Of a stretch of 64,000 nucleotides of DNA, positions 41,105 to 54,281 are shown piece by piece; within the stretch, counting starts at the first letter, position 1; every line of letters begins with the position of its first letter. Made by a program: the position numbers and the translations under genes. The stretch is from Eledone cirrhosa (lineage: Eukaryota): assembly GCA_964016885.1 (NCBI GenBank), contig OZ024741.1, positions 210,304,001 to 210,368,000 of the forward strand, given 5' to 3'. The notes beneath the pieces were generated by a model, which was not told where the DNA came from, did no database searches, and was given only the letters and a program-made list of their open reading frames with translations.

Positions 41105-44100
41105 GAATGCTATGTTTGACGGAGGCTCGGCTCTGTAAGGTATTGTAAATTTTGAACGCTATAACAACTGTATACTGTTTAAAACTTTTACCAACTTGTA
41201 GACAAAAACACCCTCCTCCTCGTGAGAGGGGTCTTTCTGCCCGTTATTTGGCCCTTCGTGGTTAAATAACTGCTTATTGGGGTTTTGTACTCAATATTTA
41301 TTTTAAACACAAAAAAAACAACATGGCTACGAAAAATAAATTTCATAGGTCACTCCCACTCATTCCGTCTTCTTCTTCCTCAATCATCACTACAGCAGAG
41401 AGAAGATTGTCTCTCTCCCTCCCTTCTTTAAATGTGTCTCTTTCCCTCCCTTCTCTTTCGCAAGCGACGAAAGAAAAGAAAAGTCTCGTGCAAAGCGTGC
41501 AAGGGTTCTCCACGACGACGACGACAGCGACGAAACAGGTGTGCGGAAAATACGAAAACCCAGTTCATTCGTCTGACGTCAGGAATAATAGCAGTCGCAG
41601 CCGTAATAACAACAGCAACAGTGACAATGAAAACAACAGTAGCAGCCGAAACAGCATCACCAGCAGAATAAACAACAACAGCATTAGCAGCAGCAACACC
41701 AACAACAACCACAGCAACAGCGGCGGAGGCAGTAGTCGTAGTACCTGCAGCAACAACAAAAGTAACAGCAGCTCTGACGACAACAACAACAACAGCAGCA
41801 AAGAAAAACCAATCTCATTTGCAGGTATTGCGAAAAACTTGGAAACAATCCTCATAACAAATGAGGAATTAGAGGAAGCGAAGAAGATGGTGACAAAGAA
41901 TGGACACCGAGCAATCTGCAAGGCAGCGGAAAAATGTTTCGAAACCCAACAGCACTGTACGGTCACGTACCGCACAGTAAGTACAAAATCCCGTAGGGTG
42001 GAAAGAGCCACAGAGGCTCAAATACAAAAAGCCTTGGGGTCTGTGTGGCAGCGGAAAACGCACATCACCCGAGGCAAAAAATATGCCACCGTAGACGTAC
42101 TTTTTGCCACACCCCAGGAGGCAAAGGCCCAATCCGTAGTGACCCTAAGGAGCGAGGAAATGGTGTTGGTGCCCTCCTACTGCGGGCAAAAAATTGTGAG
42201 GGTCAAACTGACCCACGTCCCCCCCGGAATGGCCCCTTCTTGGCTGGCCGCGTCTGTCCTCGTCGGAATCGAGGACAAAACAACTGTACTGCAAGTACAG
42301 AAAAAAGTAAGAGAAGATTGGGTCGGCACCTCCATTGAGATGCTAATCCAAACCAACCAGGAGTGCATCGAAGCTATCCCGGATGTGATAGACTTCGATA
42401 ACGGCACTCAACTGCCCATAAGTGTTGAGGGCAAACGCCCGAAATGCTTTCGCTGTGGATCGAAGACTCACCTCAGGGCCTTCTGCAACGAGAAGACCCT
42501 GAGAAAGGAGAAAACCCCCTCCTTCCGAAACCGGCTCCACGGCTACCAGCAACAGGACAAGCGGCAACCAGAAACGATAGGTCCGTGGTACCCATACCCA
42601 CGCCACGGAAATTAAAAACAGCAGCAGCAGTGGAAATATTTACAACAACAACAGCAATACCAAATGCAGCTGCAACAGAGACTCCAGTGCAAACATCACC
42701 AACAACAAGTGAAAGAGTGGAGCTGGTACCCCTCCCCGACCTCATAGAATCAGACATGGAGTGTGAGGTGGGAGAGGGATGGCAAAAGGTCGTAAGAAGG
42801 CACAAACGCAGAAGCAGCGCATCGTCGCCTTTGCAAAGAGACCCACAGCAGCAACACCACCAACACCATCACCACCCACACTAGCACCACCATCACCACC
42901 GGCGACAACCACACCGCCAACAACACCTACAACACCACCACCACAAGCACCAACATCGCAAACACAACAACAAAACACACACACCCAGCAACAACAACAA
43001 GAAAATAGCAGAACCACACCACACCCCCAGAAAGACAAATGCACGGCAATAAATACACACAACAAGAAACTAATGACTTACATAATTGAACACACAGACA
43101 TTTCACAACACGACTACATAATACCAGCACCAATCAAAACGCCAACTAACATAAGACTGCTAAAAATAGCACAGAAACAATACACAAACATTAAAACGAA
43201 ATTCCCCAACGCAGTTGGTGATTTCAGGGACCTAGGAGGAACTATCAATCGAAGAGTATATTCAGACATTCTCTTAGAAGAGCCGCGGACCAGATTAAGG
43301 GACGATTCAACGGTCCCTTCACCAGACGATCAAGTGAAAAGGGATGTAAAAACCATCCCCCCTCTACGAAAAGTACGGTAAGTGGTCTTTCCCATCTTTT
43401 CCACTCTATTTTAAACATGACCCCACTCAGAATAGGCAGCATAAATGAGCGTGGCTTGGGGTCGTCATGGAAGCAGGGCCACCTGCTCAACGACCTCAGG
43501 TCACTAAACATAGATGTAGTGGCCATCAGCGAGACCAGAATCTCCGAAGCACGGTCCTTCGCACCGATCTTTGGCGGCTACGATGTGTACGCATCTCCCA
43601 GCCGTCCTGGATCGGGGGGAGGAGTTGCTGTGCTTTTTCGGAGAGGTTTGGATCTCGCCATACGGGCCATCTTCCTGGACCCAGAGGGTAAGCTGGTGGT
43701 ACTGGACGAGACCAGCGGAGACGGGCAAGCTTTCAGGCTAGTGGCCGTCTATGCCCCGACAGGAGCAGGGCGGTCTGATTTCTTCCGGCGTCTGGAGACC
43801 TTTCTTGGAACGTCCCGCTCTTTAGTGTTAGTGGGCGACTGGAACGGGATCTTAGATGCACGCTGGGACTGTGTGGGATTAGCGGATAGGGGTGGAGGGT
43901 GCAAGAGCCTCACCAAACTGCTCAGGCGTTTTGAAGTGTTACCGATTGGATTTCCCGAATGTGCCAATGTGGACTTGGACAAATCGTATAGGGTCATCCA
44001 GATCATATCTAGATAGAGTATTTTGTAGGGAAATAGATAGGTCTAGCATAGGCTGTCCACAATTCAAGATAGTCAGCTACACGGACCACAAATTCGTGAT

Positions 44101-47059
44101 CTGTGTGCTTGACTTAGATAGGCTTCATAGACGAGGACCCGGCTACTGGAAGCTAAACGCGTCCTTACCAGCGCGCAAGGCCTACAGAGACCGGATTAGC
44201 GAACTAGTTAAGCGGGTGTTGACGGGGGCCATCGTCAACAACAAGTGGTGGTTTGCTCTGAAAAGAGCGATTAGAATAGAATCCATTAGGTTTAGTAAGA
44301 CTTTAGCAATAGAGAAAAATAGAGCAGAGGGAGAACTAGTTAGAAAATTAGACGAGGCGCTTAGTAAAGGCATTGCGACCGACGTGCTTGCGGCGAAATT
44401 GGCCCTTGACCAATTCTTCAATGCAAAGCACGAAGGCTGCGTTGTCAGAGCAAGGGTGCGTGCTCTCAGACACGAGGGGACGAAAGCCGTTCAATGGGCC
44501 CGAGTGACGGAGGCGCGTCGTGGCAACAAAGCCACGATCCGGTGGTTGGTGGACCACGACGGGCGCATGCTACTCGATCCCGGGTAAATGTGTGAAGCTT
44601 TTCAGCGACACTTCGCTCAGCTGTTCGGGGGCAGCGGTGGGCCGGGTCGAGGGATGGACTTTAGTGTCTACCTCGACGGACTGCCGCAGCTCTCGGCCAC
44701 TGAGGCGAAGTGTTGCGAAAAGCCGATAACAGCCGCTGAAGTAAGGGAGGCAATGACTGGCTGCACAAGGGGTAAATCGCCTGGTTTGGATGGTCTGCCC
44801 TATGAACTTTACGTACATATGCCAGACTTGTTCGGAGGCCTCTTGGCGGACGTCTACTGCAACTGGCAACAGAACGGGAGAATTCCCAGTTCTGTGAGCC
44901 GAGGAGCGGTGGCACTGCTGAGAAAGAATCCGAACAAGGGGGATAACAGATAATTTCCGGCCCATAACTCTGCTAAACACAGAGTTCAAGATTTTGGCCA
45001 AGGTGCTAGCAAAGAGGTTGGCGCTTGTCGTTGGTGGTCTGGTAGGAGAGGCGCAGACATGCGCCATTCCCGACAGATCCATCCACGACAACCTCCACCT
45101 CATGCGATACATCGTAGAGAGGGTAGCTAGGGAACCTGGCACGGGTGGGTCCTTGATCAATTTAGATCAGTCGAAAGCTTTCGATAGGGTCGACCATCGC
45201 TACCTAGCGGCAGTCCTGAGCGCGGCTGGCTTTGGGCCCATCTTCAGAGGCTGGATCGCTGCCATGCACAGCGACATCTGCTCTGTGGTGAGAGTGAACG
45301 GTCACCTGTCGGAACCGTTCAACATCATGCGCTCGGTCCGCCAAGGATGTCCTCTCTCGTCCCTCTTGTACGTATTGACTCTCGAGCCATTACTGCACAA
45401 ACTGGATACGTTGAGGGGCGTCCCGCGCGAACTAGGATGCGGAAGATCCGTGTCAGCATATGCGGACGATGTCACCGTAGTGGTGTCGAACGCCAAACAC
45501 ATCGAGGCGATCGGCACTACACTAAGAGAATACGAAGCGGTGACAGGAGCAATGATCAACCAGGAAAAGTCAGTGGGCCTGCAGCTCGGCACCTGGAGAG
45601 GCAGGTCCATGCCGTCCAACAGCGTCGTCGGACGCTGGACAGACGGACCGGTTAAATTGCTAGGGGTCTGGTTCGGTCCAGACCTCCAGACGGACAAAAA
45701 CTGGGACGAGGTGACGAGCAGGGTGGCTTCTCTCACCCAGAAATGGGCCGAGAGGAAGCTATCCCTGAAAGGTCGAGCGGAGGTGGCGAATGCGTACATC
45801 GCATCCGTCATCTACTACCGCCTGACCGTCGTACCTTGTCCTAAGCCCCGCCTGACTGCGCTGGAGCGTTTGCTCTTTCGCTTCTTGTGGAAGGGACGCG
45901 CTCCGATGGTTAGGCGGTCCATCTGCTGTCAACACCCGCTACGTGGAGGGCTGGGCATGCCGTGGCTGATGATGCGCAGACACGCGGTCAGGCTACGACA
46001 TCTCCACCTCTTCCTCGACGGTGATCAGGTGTGGTCGCCGTTTGCAAGACACGTTTTTCCCCAGCTCGTCTCCTTGACGGAGCTGCAGTCCTGGGTCAAG
46101 CGAAGACCGAGAGGGAGCGCTTGGAGACTGGAATGTCTTCAGGCGCTCACCAATCGGGCAATGTGATCGGTGGAAACTCCACCTTGGCGTTCTATAGGGG
46201 ATTAGTGGAGGGGAAGAGCGACGACGTACTTGGAGAAACTCTAGGCGTCGACGAAAATAAACTAGCCAATCTCTTCGGAAGGACTTTCGGACCAGGGCCT
46301 ATGGACAACTTCCAGAAATCCCTGGCCTGGCAGTGCTACCGAGGATCTTTGCCAGTTCGGGATAAACTCTACAGGCATGGAGGTGCCGTCAGCCGGGTAT
46401 GTCCGAGATGCGCGCAGGGCGACGAAACCGTTCTGCACGCACTCGTCCAGTGTCCGAGCATTGCTGACTTGTGGGTTTATGTCGAACACCTGCTGTCACG
46501 TGTAGGACCTATCCAGCTATCAGCTGAGTCCATCGTGAGGATGGCCCCGCCCCCTTCCTTTAGCCTGGAAGGGCAGGCAGTTTTTATCTGTCTGGTGGCC
46601 ATGGCGAAAGAGATAGTATGGTGGACACGTTTGAAAGGGCTGAAGACGAGCACTTACCTCTTCGGTGATGCCCTGATTAACTTTTTCAAATTTCATTTGA
46701 AAAGGAAAATCAGGGTAGAGAGGGAAGTGCTCTCTTCCCAGCATTTTGTTGAAAGATGGGTGAGAGAAGCAAGTATGGCCCGAATGAATGGGCCTTCTCT
46801 GAGTATGTGTCTGTAAATTAAAGGTGGAAAACTGGGAGAGGGCACTTGCCCTGGTGGTCAGGGCCACTGTGGTCTTTTAATGGGCTTTCTCCACAAATGT
46901 CCCTTGGAAGTCTCCCCCCTATTGGGGAATTTTTCTTTGTTATTTTATTTCAACCTCTGTTTTTTTACACGCAGAAATGCCCATTTGTACCGTCCTGTAT
47001 TGTCCTGTACTGTCCTTAGTGTCTACTTTATGTGAACCCTTGTGGTTAATAAAGAAAAC
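41105..47059 (+). mobile_element. Full-length Tx1/L1-clade retrotransposon, copy 2 (different 5'UTR and ORF1; disrupted ORF2)
   Basis: ORF1 at 41323-43381 with CFRCGSKTHLRAFC. ORF2 at 43417-46816 is near-identical to copy 1 but has frameshifts near 43935 and 44945 and a stop at 44585-44587. Confidence 0.92.
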
Positions 47060-47071
47060 ATTATTGTTATT

Positions 47072-49254
47072 GTTATTCCTTGAATCTCAGTCATTGATGT
47101 TGGTTAACTGGAAAGTCCGTTGGATTGAATATCAAGCCACTACCTGCAGCCTCAGATATTCAGGACGTATCGGAGGGTTCTTGCTGTTCCAAGCAAGCAT
47201 GCCTTTTGAAGCGTTCCAAAAAGCGTGAAGGGGCCGATTTTCTTTAACCATCCCTGGAAACTTTTGGAGATAGTCCCCAGTGCGCCTATGACAATCGGGA
47301 TCACTTTGACTTCATGGCAGTTCCAAATCCTTTTCACCTCCCACTTTAGGTCCTGGTATCGGTTAATTTTCTCCCTCTCCTTCTCTTGCACTCTCGTGTC
47401 GAACGGGCAGGCCACATCCACAATCAGGCACGATCTTTTTTCTTTGTCCACAACCACCAGGTCAGGTCTATTGTGTTCCAGTTTTTTGTCCGTCTGTATC
47501 CTAAAATCCCACAGCACCTTCACCTGATTGTTCTCCATCACCGCCTCTGGCCTATGCTCATACCATTTCTCAGAATGTGGTAGATTGTTTACTTTGCACA
47601 GGTGCCAGTGGATCACCCTGCCCATCACATCGTGTCTCCAGCCCTTATAGTGGGTCTGGGCTAGGTGTTTACACTCGGACACAATGTGAGCCACAGTCTC
47701 CTCTCTCTCTCCACAGATCCTGCACAGTGGGCTAGCCTCCTCCTTGTAGATATGGTGCTTCAACCACTTCGTTTTGAGGGCCTGCTCCTGCGCAGCCATT
47801 AGCATTCCTTCTGTAGCCTTTTTGAGGTCTCCTCTTCTCAACCAGTTCCATGTCTGTGGATCTCTAAATTCAGTTTTCTCAAAGAAGGTACTATGAAGCG
47901 ATTTTCCCTTAAGGCTGCTCTTTCTCCTTGATGTTATTTCCTCCCTGGACATCCCCTGGCCTACTGTCCCCTCCTTCAGTACAGTTCTGAGCATTGGCTC
48001 CTTACTATAGGTCACGTATTTGTATAGGTTGTTTTTCTCCATCTGAACACAGTCCTCTATGCTGATAAGACCTCTTCCACCCTCAGATCTCCTTAGGTAG
48101 AGTCTATCGACATCACTCCTCTTGTGGAACATGTTGTAGATAGTCAATAGCTTCCTAGTCTTCCTATCCATTTCTTTTTGTTCAGCAACATTCCATCTCA
48201 GAATTCCCGCAGTGTACCTAATAATAGACACAGCTCGGGAATTTACTGCGCTTATGGCGTTTCTGCTGTTCAGATGTGACTTCAATACGCTCCTTACTCT
48301 CCGAATGTATTCAGTTCTTAACAATTCCTTCATTTTTTTGTTCTTTATGCCATCAGCCTCCAGAACGCCCAAATACTTGTATCCTTCCTCCGAGTCAATT
48401 TCCTTTATCATCTCACCTGTTGGTATCTGGATCCCGTTACTTCTGCTCAACCTACCCCTCTTCATCACAATGACTCCACATTTACCAATACCAAACTGCA
48501 TACATATATCACTGCTGAATATACGGACAGTGTCAACAAGCACATCCAACTCCTTCTCACTTTTCCCGAAGAGCTTAAGATCGTCCACGAAGAGGAGGTA
48601 ATTGATGGTAAGCTCTCCCCTTCCCAACTTGTATCCTGCTCTCACTTTTCGCAGCATAATAGTCAAGGGCACCAGGGCAAGGACAAACAACAGAGGGGAC
48701 AGGCTATCTCCCTGGAAGATACCTCTCTTGATCTTCACGCTTCCCAAGGATACTCCAGTTGATGTCAACTCTGTCTCCCAGGACCCCATACTCCTGCCTA
48801 GCAACTGTCTGATGTTATCTGCCACCCTGAAGATCTCCAGGCTTTTGGTGATCCAGGAATGAGGCACCATGTCAAATGCCTTTCTGTAGTCTATCCATCC
48901 CATGGCAAGATCAGTGTGTCTCCTCCTGCAATTCCCCATTACCATCTTATCAATAAGCAACTGGTCCTTTGTACCACGTGACTTCTTTCGGCATCCTTTC
49001 TGTTCGTCCGGTAACAAGTTGTTTGTGTGGAGGTGATGGTAGATTTCCTCAGACACAATGCTCGTCAACAGTTTCCACATTACGGGCAGACATGTGATAG
49101 GTCTATAGTTGGTAGCATCATTACCCTTGATTCGGTCTTTCATTATCAGAACTGTGGTACCTTTTGTCAACCACTCTGGCACCTCACCCGACACCAAGCA
49201 GTCATTGAACATGGCCGTCAGCTTCGGGTGGAGGGATGTTAAATGTTTAATCCA

Positions 49255-49256
<2 letters not shown>
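47072..49256 (-). mobile_element. 5'-truncated R4/Dong-like RLE LINE family B, copy 1
   Basis: Open RT-CCHC-RLE frame near-identical to 54282-56466; truncated at tccaat|tatt, with microhomology to the (TAA)n tract. Confidence 0.92.
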
Positions 49257-49309
<53 letters not shown>

Positions 49310-49310
<1 letters not shown>

Positions 49311-52300
49311 TGTTGCATTTATCTTGCTTTGTGTTCATACGAGTTATCACCAAGTCACAACCAGTGACCTCAAGAGACAACAAGGTCCGCCATGTTCAAG
49401 AAAGAACATACATATTCACACATGCATCTTTAGTGTTTAGACTTGTGATGTACTTATATTGACAGAATCTTCCTTAGTATATGGGCAGTTCCCATTAGTA
49501 CTATCTTTTGTATTTCTCCTATACGCGGGTTTCCTGGGATTTGCGATTAGTAATCATTAGACCCCTTAGGTATCATTCCCAGAGCGCCTACAACCACTGG
49601 TATTGTTTTAGTTCTCAATTTCCACATTTTTCCAATTTCTATCTCCAGGTCCTTATACTTGCTCAATTTTTCAAATGTTTTTATAGATACATTCTTGTCT
49701 ATTGGAACAGACATATCAATTAGCAGGCATACCCTCTTTTGAAAGTCTTTCAATATTATATCAGGTCTGTTTGCATCTATTTTTCGGTCTGTTTGGATGC
49801 TAAAGTTCCACAAGATTGAGATGTGATCTCTTTCAAGTATGGGAGGTGGTTGATGCTCCCACCAATTCTTTTGATGGGGCAGGTCAAAATGCTTACACAT
49901 TATCCAATGTATGTATTGTGCAGTTCTGTCATGCCTGTTTAGGTATTCGGTTGGAGTTATAGGACTGCACATTGAAATTATATGGTCAATGGTCTCTGGT
50001 TGTTTTTTGCATACACGGAATAATGGGCTGCACCCATTTTTTATTATGTTGGCTTGGTAATTTTTTGTTGGCAGACACTGACCTTGTGCCGATATAATCA
50101 GTCCTTCAGTCTCCGATTTCAGTCCAGAGGATGCCAACCACTGATGGGTTAAAGTTTTGTCAACATCAGGATTGTTAGCTCGCTCTGGGTATTTTCCATA
50201 CAGAGGCTTTTCTTGCCATTTCTTAGCCAGTTTCTGTAGCAGTTCATTCTTTGCAGTTACTTTTACCTGCTTTGCTTTTTCTGTGTTTTCCATTTCAGCA
50301 GTAAATGGGACTTCTGAAATTTGTAGTCCATTACTGTATCTTTGTGCATCTTTTGTAATGGAATATGATCTTTTGATGCTTTCGTGTTTCAAAACGAGTT
50401 TGATCATCAAATCATGTGATTCCCTTAGATATGTAGATAATCCAATTGTTACAGTTTTCAACGCAATGTCTAACTGGATTAACCCACGTCCTCCTTCTTT
50501 CCTAGGGAGATATATTCTATCTATATCTGCCTTAGGGTGATGCATTCTGTGCATGGTTAAGAATTTTCGAATTTTTGTATCGAGCCTACGGATCTCTGTG
50601 CTTGACCAGTTGATGACATTGTAACTGTAGGTTACTACTGGTATGGCAAGCGTGTTTATAGCATCGATCCTATTCCTTGCATTCAATTCCGTTCCTAAGA
50701 TTGCTCTTACTCTGCGGTAACATTCCTTCCTTATCCTTTCCCTCATTGTCGAGTGCTTGATTCCGTCTCCTTCGCAAACACCTAGATATTTGTAAGTTTT
50801 TTCTTGATCAAGTTCACTTATCACGTTCCCCCGATCAAGATTAATGTCTGAACTCTTCAGCAGCTTTCCTCTGGTGAACGTTGCTTTGGCGCATTTATCT
50901 AGTCCAAACTCCACTTTAATGTCATCACTGAACTGCTTCACAGTGGATAATAGCCCTTGCAATTGTTCATCATTTTTTGCAAATAGTTTCAGGTCATCCA
51001 TGTAGAACAGGTGATTAATGGTTTTGTCATAGACTTTATATCCATGTTTTGTTTCATTGAGCATTTTACTTAATGGTATAAGTGCGATGCAGAATAAAAG
51101 CGGTGATAAAGAGTCACCCTGAAAAATTCCACAATTAATATTAACTTCTCCAGCTTCCAGTGATTTTGTTTCACTATTCAAAAGGAGTGTCGTTTTCCAT
51201 GTCTTCATACTGAATGACAAAAACCTCCTGACAACGGGGGATACTTTGAAAATCTCTAAACATTTTTCAATCCAACTGTGTGGCAAACTATCAAATGCTT
51301 TTTTATAATCTATCCAAGCAATCGATAGATTTTTGTGTCTATTATGACAATCTTCCAGTATCATTTTGTTAACCAGAAGCTGATCTTTACAGCCATATGA
51401 GCCTCGTTTACACCTTTTCTGCTCAATGGGAAATAGGTCATTTGTTATCAGGTGGTCATATGTGTATTCAGTTAGGACTGATGTTAAAATTTTATACATT
51501 GTGGTCAAGCAAGTTATCGTTCTGTAATTTTTGGGATTGTTTGTCTCATCATTCTTCGGAAGCAGGAATGTAATGCCGTTATCTAGCCATGAAGGTATCT
51601 TTTCTGGCTCCTTAACTATCTCATTGTAAAGTTGGGCTAACAGCTCATGAGACTCTGTGAAGGCATTTATCCAAACGTTTTGTATTTTGTCTTTTCCTGG
51701 GGATTTCCATTTGCTGGTTTTTCTTAGAGCCAAGCGCAACTGTTCAACTGTTATATTTTCCCATGTTTGTTCCTCAAGGTGAGCTGTATCTTTCATTTGT
51801 CTGTCTATCCATGGGGCATTATGTTATGAACTTTTTCTTCGGCCCATATCTTTTCCCAGAATTCTTGCACTTCGTCCTTGGGTGGTATTGATTTAGCAGT
51901 TACTGTTGACTTACCAATTTTTCTGTAGAAGTTTCTTTGATTGTTTTTGAACATATTATTGTCATTATAGAATCTAGATCGTTTTTCAAAGCGCCTTATA
52001 CGAGCAGCTTTGGCCGACACTTTTTGTTTGATTATTTCTATCAGCATGTCTATGTCACTTGTTGATTTTATACTGTACTTTTTTTTCAATTTTCTAAGTT
52101 TAGTTTGTTTAACATGTTCACCTACCTTATAGTTTGTTAAAATTTCTATGTCAGATCGGAGAAGGTTTATTTGGCGATTGATGTTCTCTCGCCAAGTAGA
52201 TTTCTTGTGGGAATTCCTTTGTTTTTTCATCTTCACTCCACATAAGTGAGTGGTGACTTTAGCCGATGCATAATAGAGATGATTTAAATCAGTAATGTTT

Positions 52301-54250
52301 AGTTTGTTTGTGATGATAATGTTTTTGAGAATTATGTTAGTCTTGTGTATTATCTTTTGGTTCTGTTTGGAGTTCTGGATCTTAGGGAGGGTGTCTCGTT
52401 GCCCCATGTCAGATTCTTTCATCTTCATCCATTCGATCATAATTTCATCCTTCAAGTTGGCAAGTTCATTCTCATTCATTTCTTTATCATATACGATCTC
52501 ATTATTTTCATTTGGAGTTTCATCCTGAGCATGCACTCCCTCCACTTTTTCAATCCTTTCTTTAATTTGTTCTGTTGCCAGTGATTCCGCCCCAACCCTG
52601 GGATTCGAAGTGTTACAATTTACCTCGTTTTCACTGACACATGTTTCATTTTCCCTTCGCTGACTTTGTGCTAATAGCTTGATCTGATCAATTTCTATAT
52701 CAGCTAGTAACTTTTTTCTTACAATATTTCTTCGTATATTGGCTAGTTTGTTGCTGTCAATATAGCCTCTGTTTTCGGGATGTTTCTTTTTCCAGTTGAT
52801 ATATGTCTGTTCTGTATTCGATGTATTTGATGGGTAGTACATGGCAGTGTAGAAAGCCTCAAAGACTTCTTTATTATCTTCCCTTGACCATTTTTCTCTC
52901 TTTTTCTTTGGATTTCTTTGTGGTGAGCATGGAGGGCCAACAGTAGGAGTATTCCGGTTATGGGAGGTCTCCAGCTCCGAAGTGATGGGAAGGTTTGAAC
53001 CATTAGCTGATTTTTCGACCCCAGTCTGGTTCCTCTCTGAGGGACGCAGCCCTTTTTTACCCGGGTGACGGCCGATCCGGTATGAGATTTTATTATTAGA
53101 CATTTACTTTATTTTGTCGCGTTTTATCCTTATCCGCTAAGGGGTAATCATTTCGTGTTACCACTTCTAGAACGAGTGTCAACCAAGACTAGAGGGTCGT
53201 TCTCCCCTAGAGACACGGCTATTCCCCGCCGGCCGCCATCCCTGTATTTCTTTGTCACGGGGTTTTCTTTTTGTTGTTTTTTTTTTAAATTGTTATTATC
53301 ATGAGTGGTTCCTTAATGTGAGCATTGCGTGGCTTAAGAATGAAATTATTAATAATTGACTCCACTCCAGGCACAAGGCCAGCAATCATCCAGTACATTA
53401 CAATAATATAATATACTGTTTGTTGTAGTTGGCTGTTATTGTTGTTGGCTATGTCGGTGGTGGTGCCGGGGCTTTTTATATTGTTGGTGAGGAAGGGGTG
53501 AGCCAGCAGTCGCATAGTTGTTGATGTTGACGTTCGGCCGTGGCTAGGTCACTAAGTCAATCTATTTATATCTTTTGCTAGCCTCTCCCTTGTCTAGTGA
53601 TACCGCCACCTTCCCCTTTCTCTCTCAAGTTATCAGGGAAATAGTGGTGGTAGCATTGGAGGAGTGGTGGTGGCGGGGAGATGTGGGAGACGGTAGCGGC
53701 GGTATCGATACTGAGACAGTGGTGGTGGTGATGTCGATACCGAGGCAGTGGTGGCGGTGATGTGATCGTATTACTGTAGTGATGGTGTTGTAGCGGTGGT
53801 AGCAATGAAGTAGTGGTGGCGGCGGTGATGGGATAGTGGTGGTAATGATGGCAGTAGTGAGTTGTGGTGGTGAAATTGCCGTTATCTGGCTGTTGTGTTT
53901 AGTGTACACAGAGAGGTGATGGGGTAGGTGTTGTATCTAGTTTCTGGTGTTGGTGAGATTGGTGTTGTTTGGCTGTTCTATATAGCGTAGACAGAGGAGG
54001 GGGGGGGTTCTTCTTCCATTTATAGCCATTTTCTTTTTTGAATATACAATGTACAATACAAAGTTGAATATTTGAATATGTGAGTCTTATAACAATATAT
54101 TTTGGGTTCGAATTCTTTGGGGCTCAAGCTGGATGCTTTACGTAGCATTTGTACTAAGAGTTGTTATTTCACAAATGATTTAAATATGTTAAAAATTCAA
54201 AACTTACGGGAGCGATTTCATGACCTTCCGCCACCTCGTGCGTCTTCTTC
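49310..54250 (-). mobile_element. Full-length R4/Dong-like RLE LINE family A with long 5' leader
   Basis: ORF from 53103 to about 49455, with frameshifts near 51820 and 49550. Motifs REKWSREDN, YMDDLK, RHD, RPDIIL..IDMSVP and GTAHILRKILSI; 3'UTR followed by (TAA)n. 53555-54250 is homologous to the family B leader. Confidence 0.88.
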
Positions 54251-54281
54251 CCTTATTATTATTATTATTATTATTGTTGTT

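Noticed and set aside
41205-41270. HDV-like ribozyme in the Tx1 copy 2 5'UTR (tcctcgt loop-like motif); similar tcctcg upstream of the family B ORF
   Set aside because: I could not assemble P1, P2 and P1.1 pairings by eye.
35374-43381. Programmed frameshifting in Tx1 ORF1
   Set aside because: Shifts differ in direction and position between the copies and lie in low-complexity runs; decay or sequencing indels are more likely.
47152-49383. 743-aa ORF with a poly-Asn N-terminus as a novel protein
   Set aside because: The N-terminus is read-through from the family A 3'UTR and the (TAA)n linker into a truncated family B copy.
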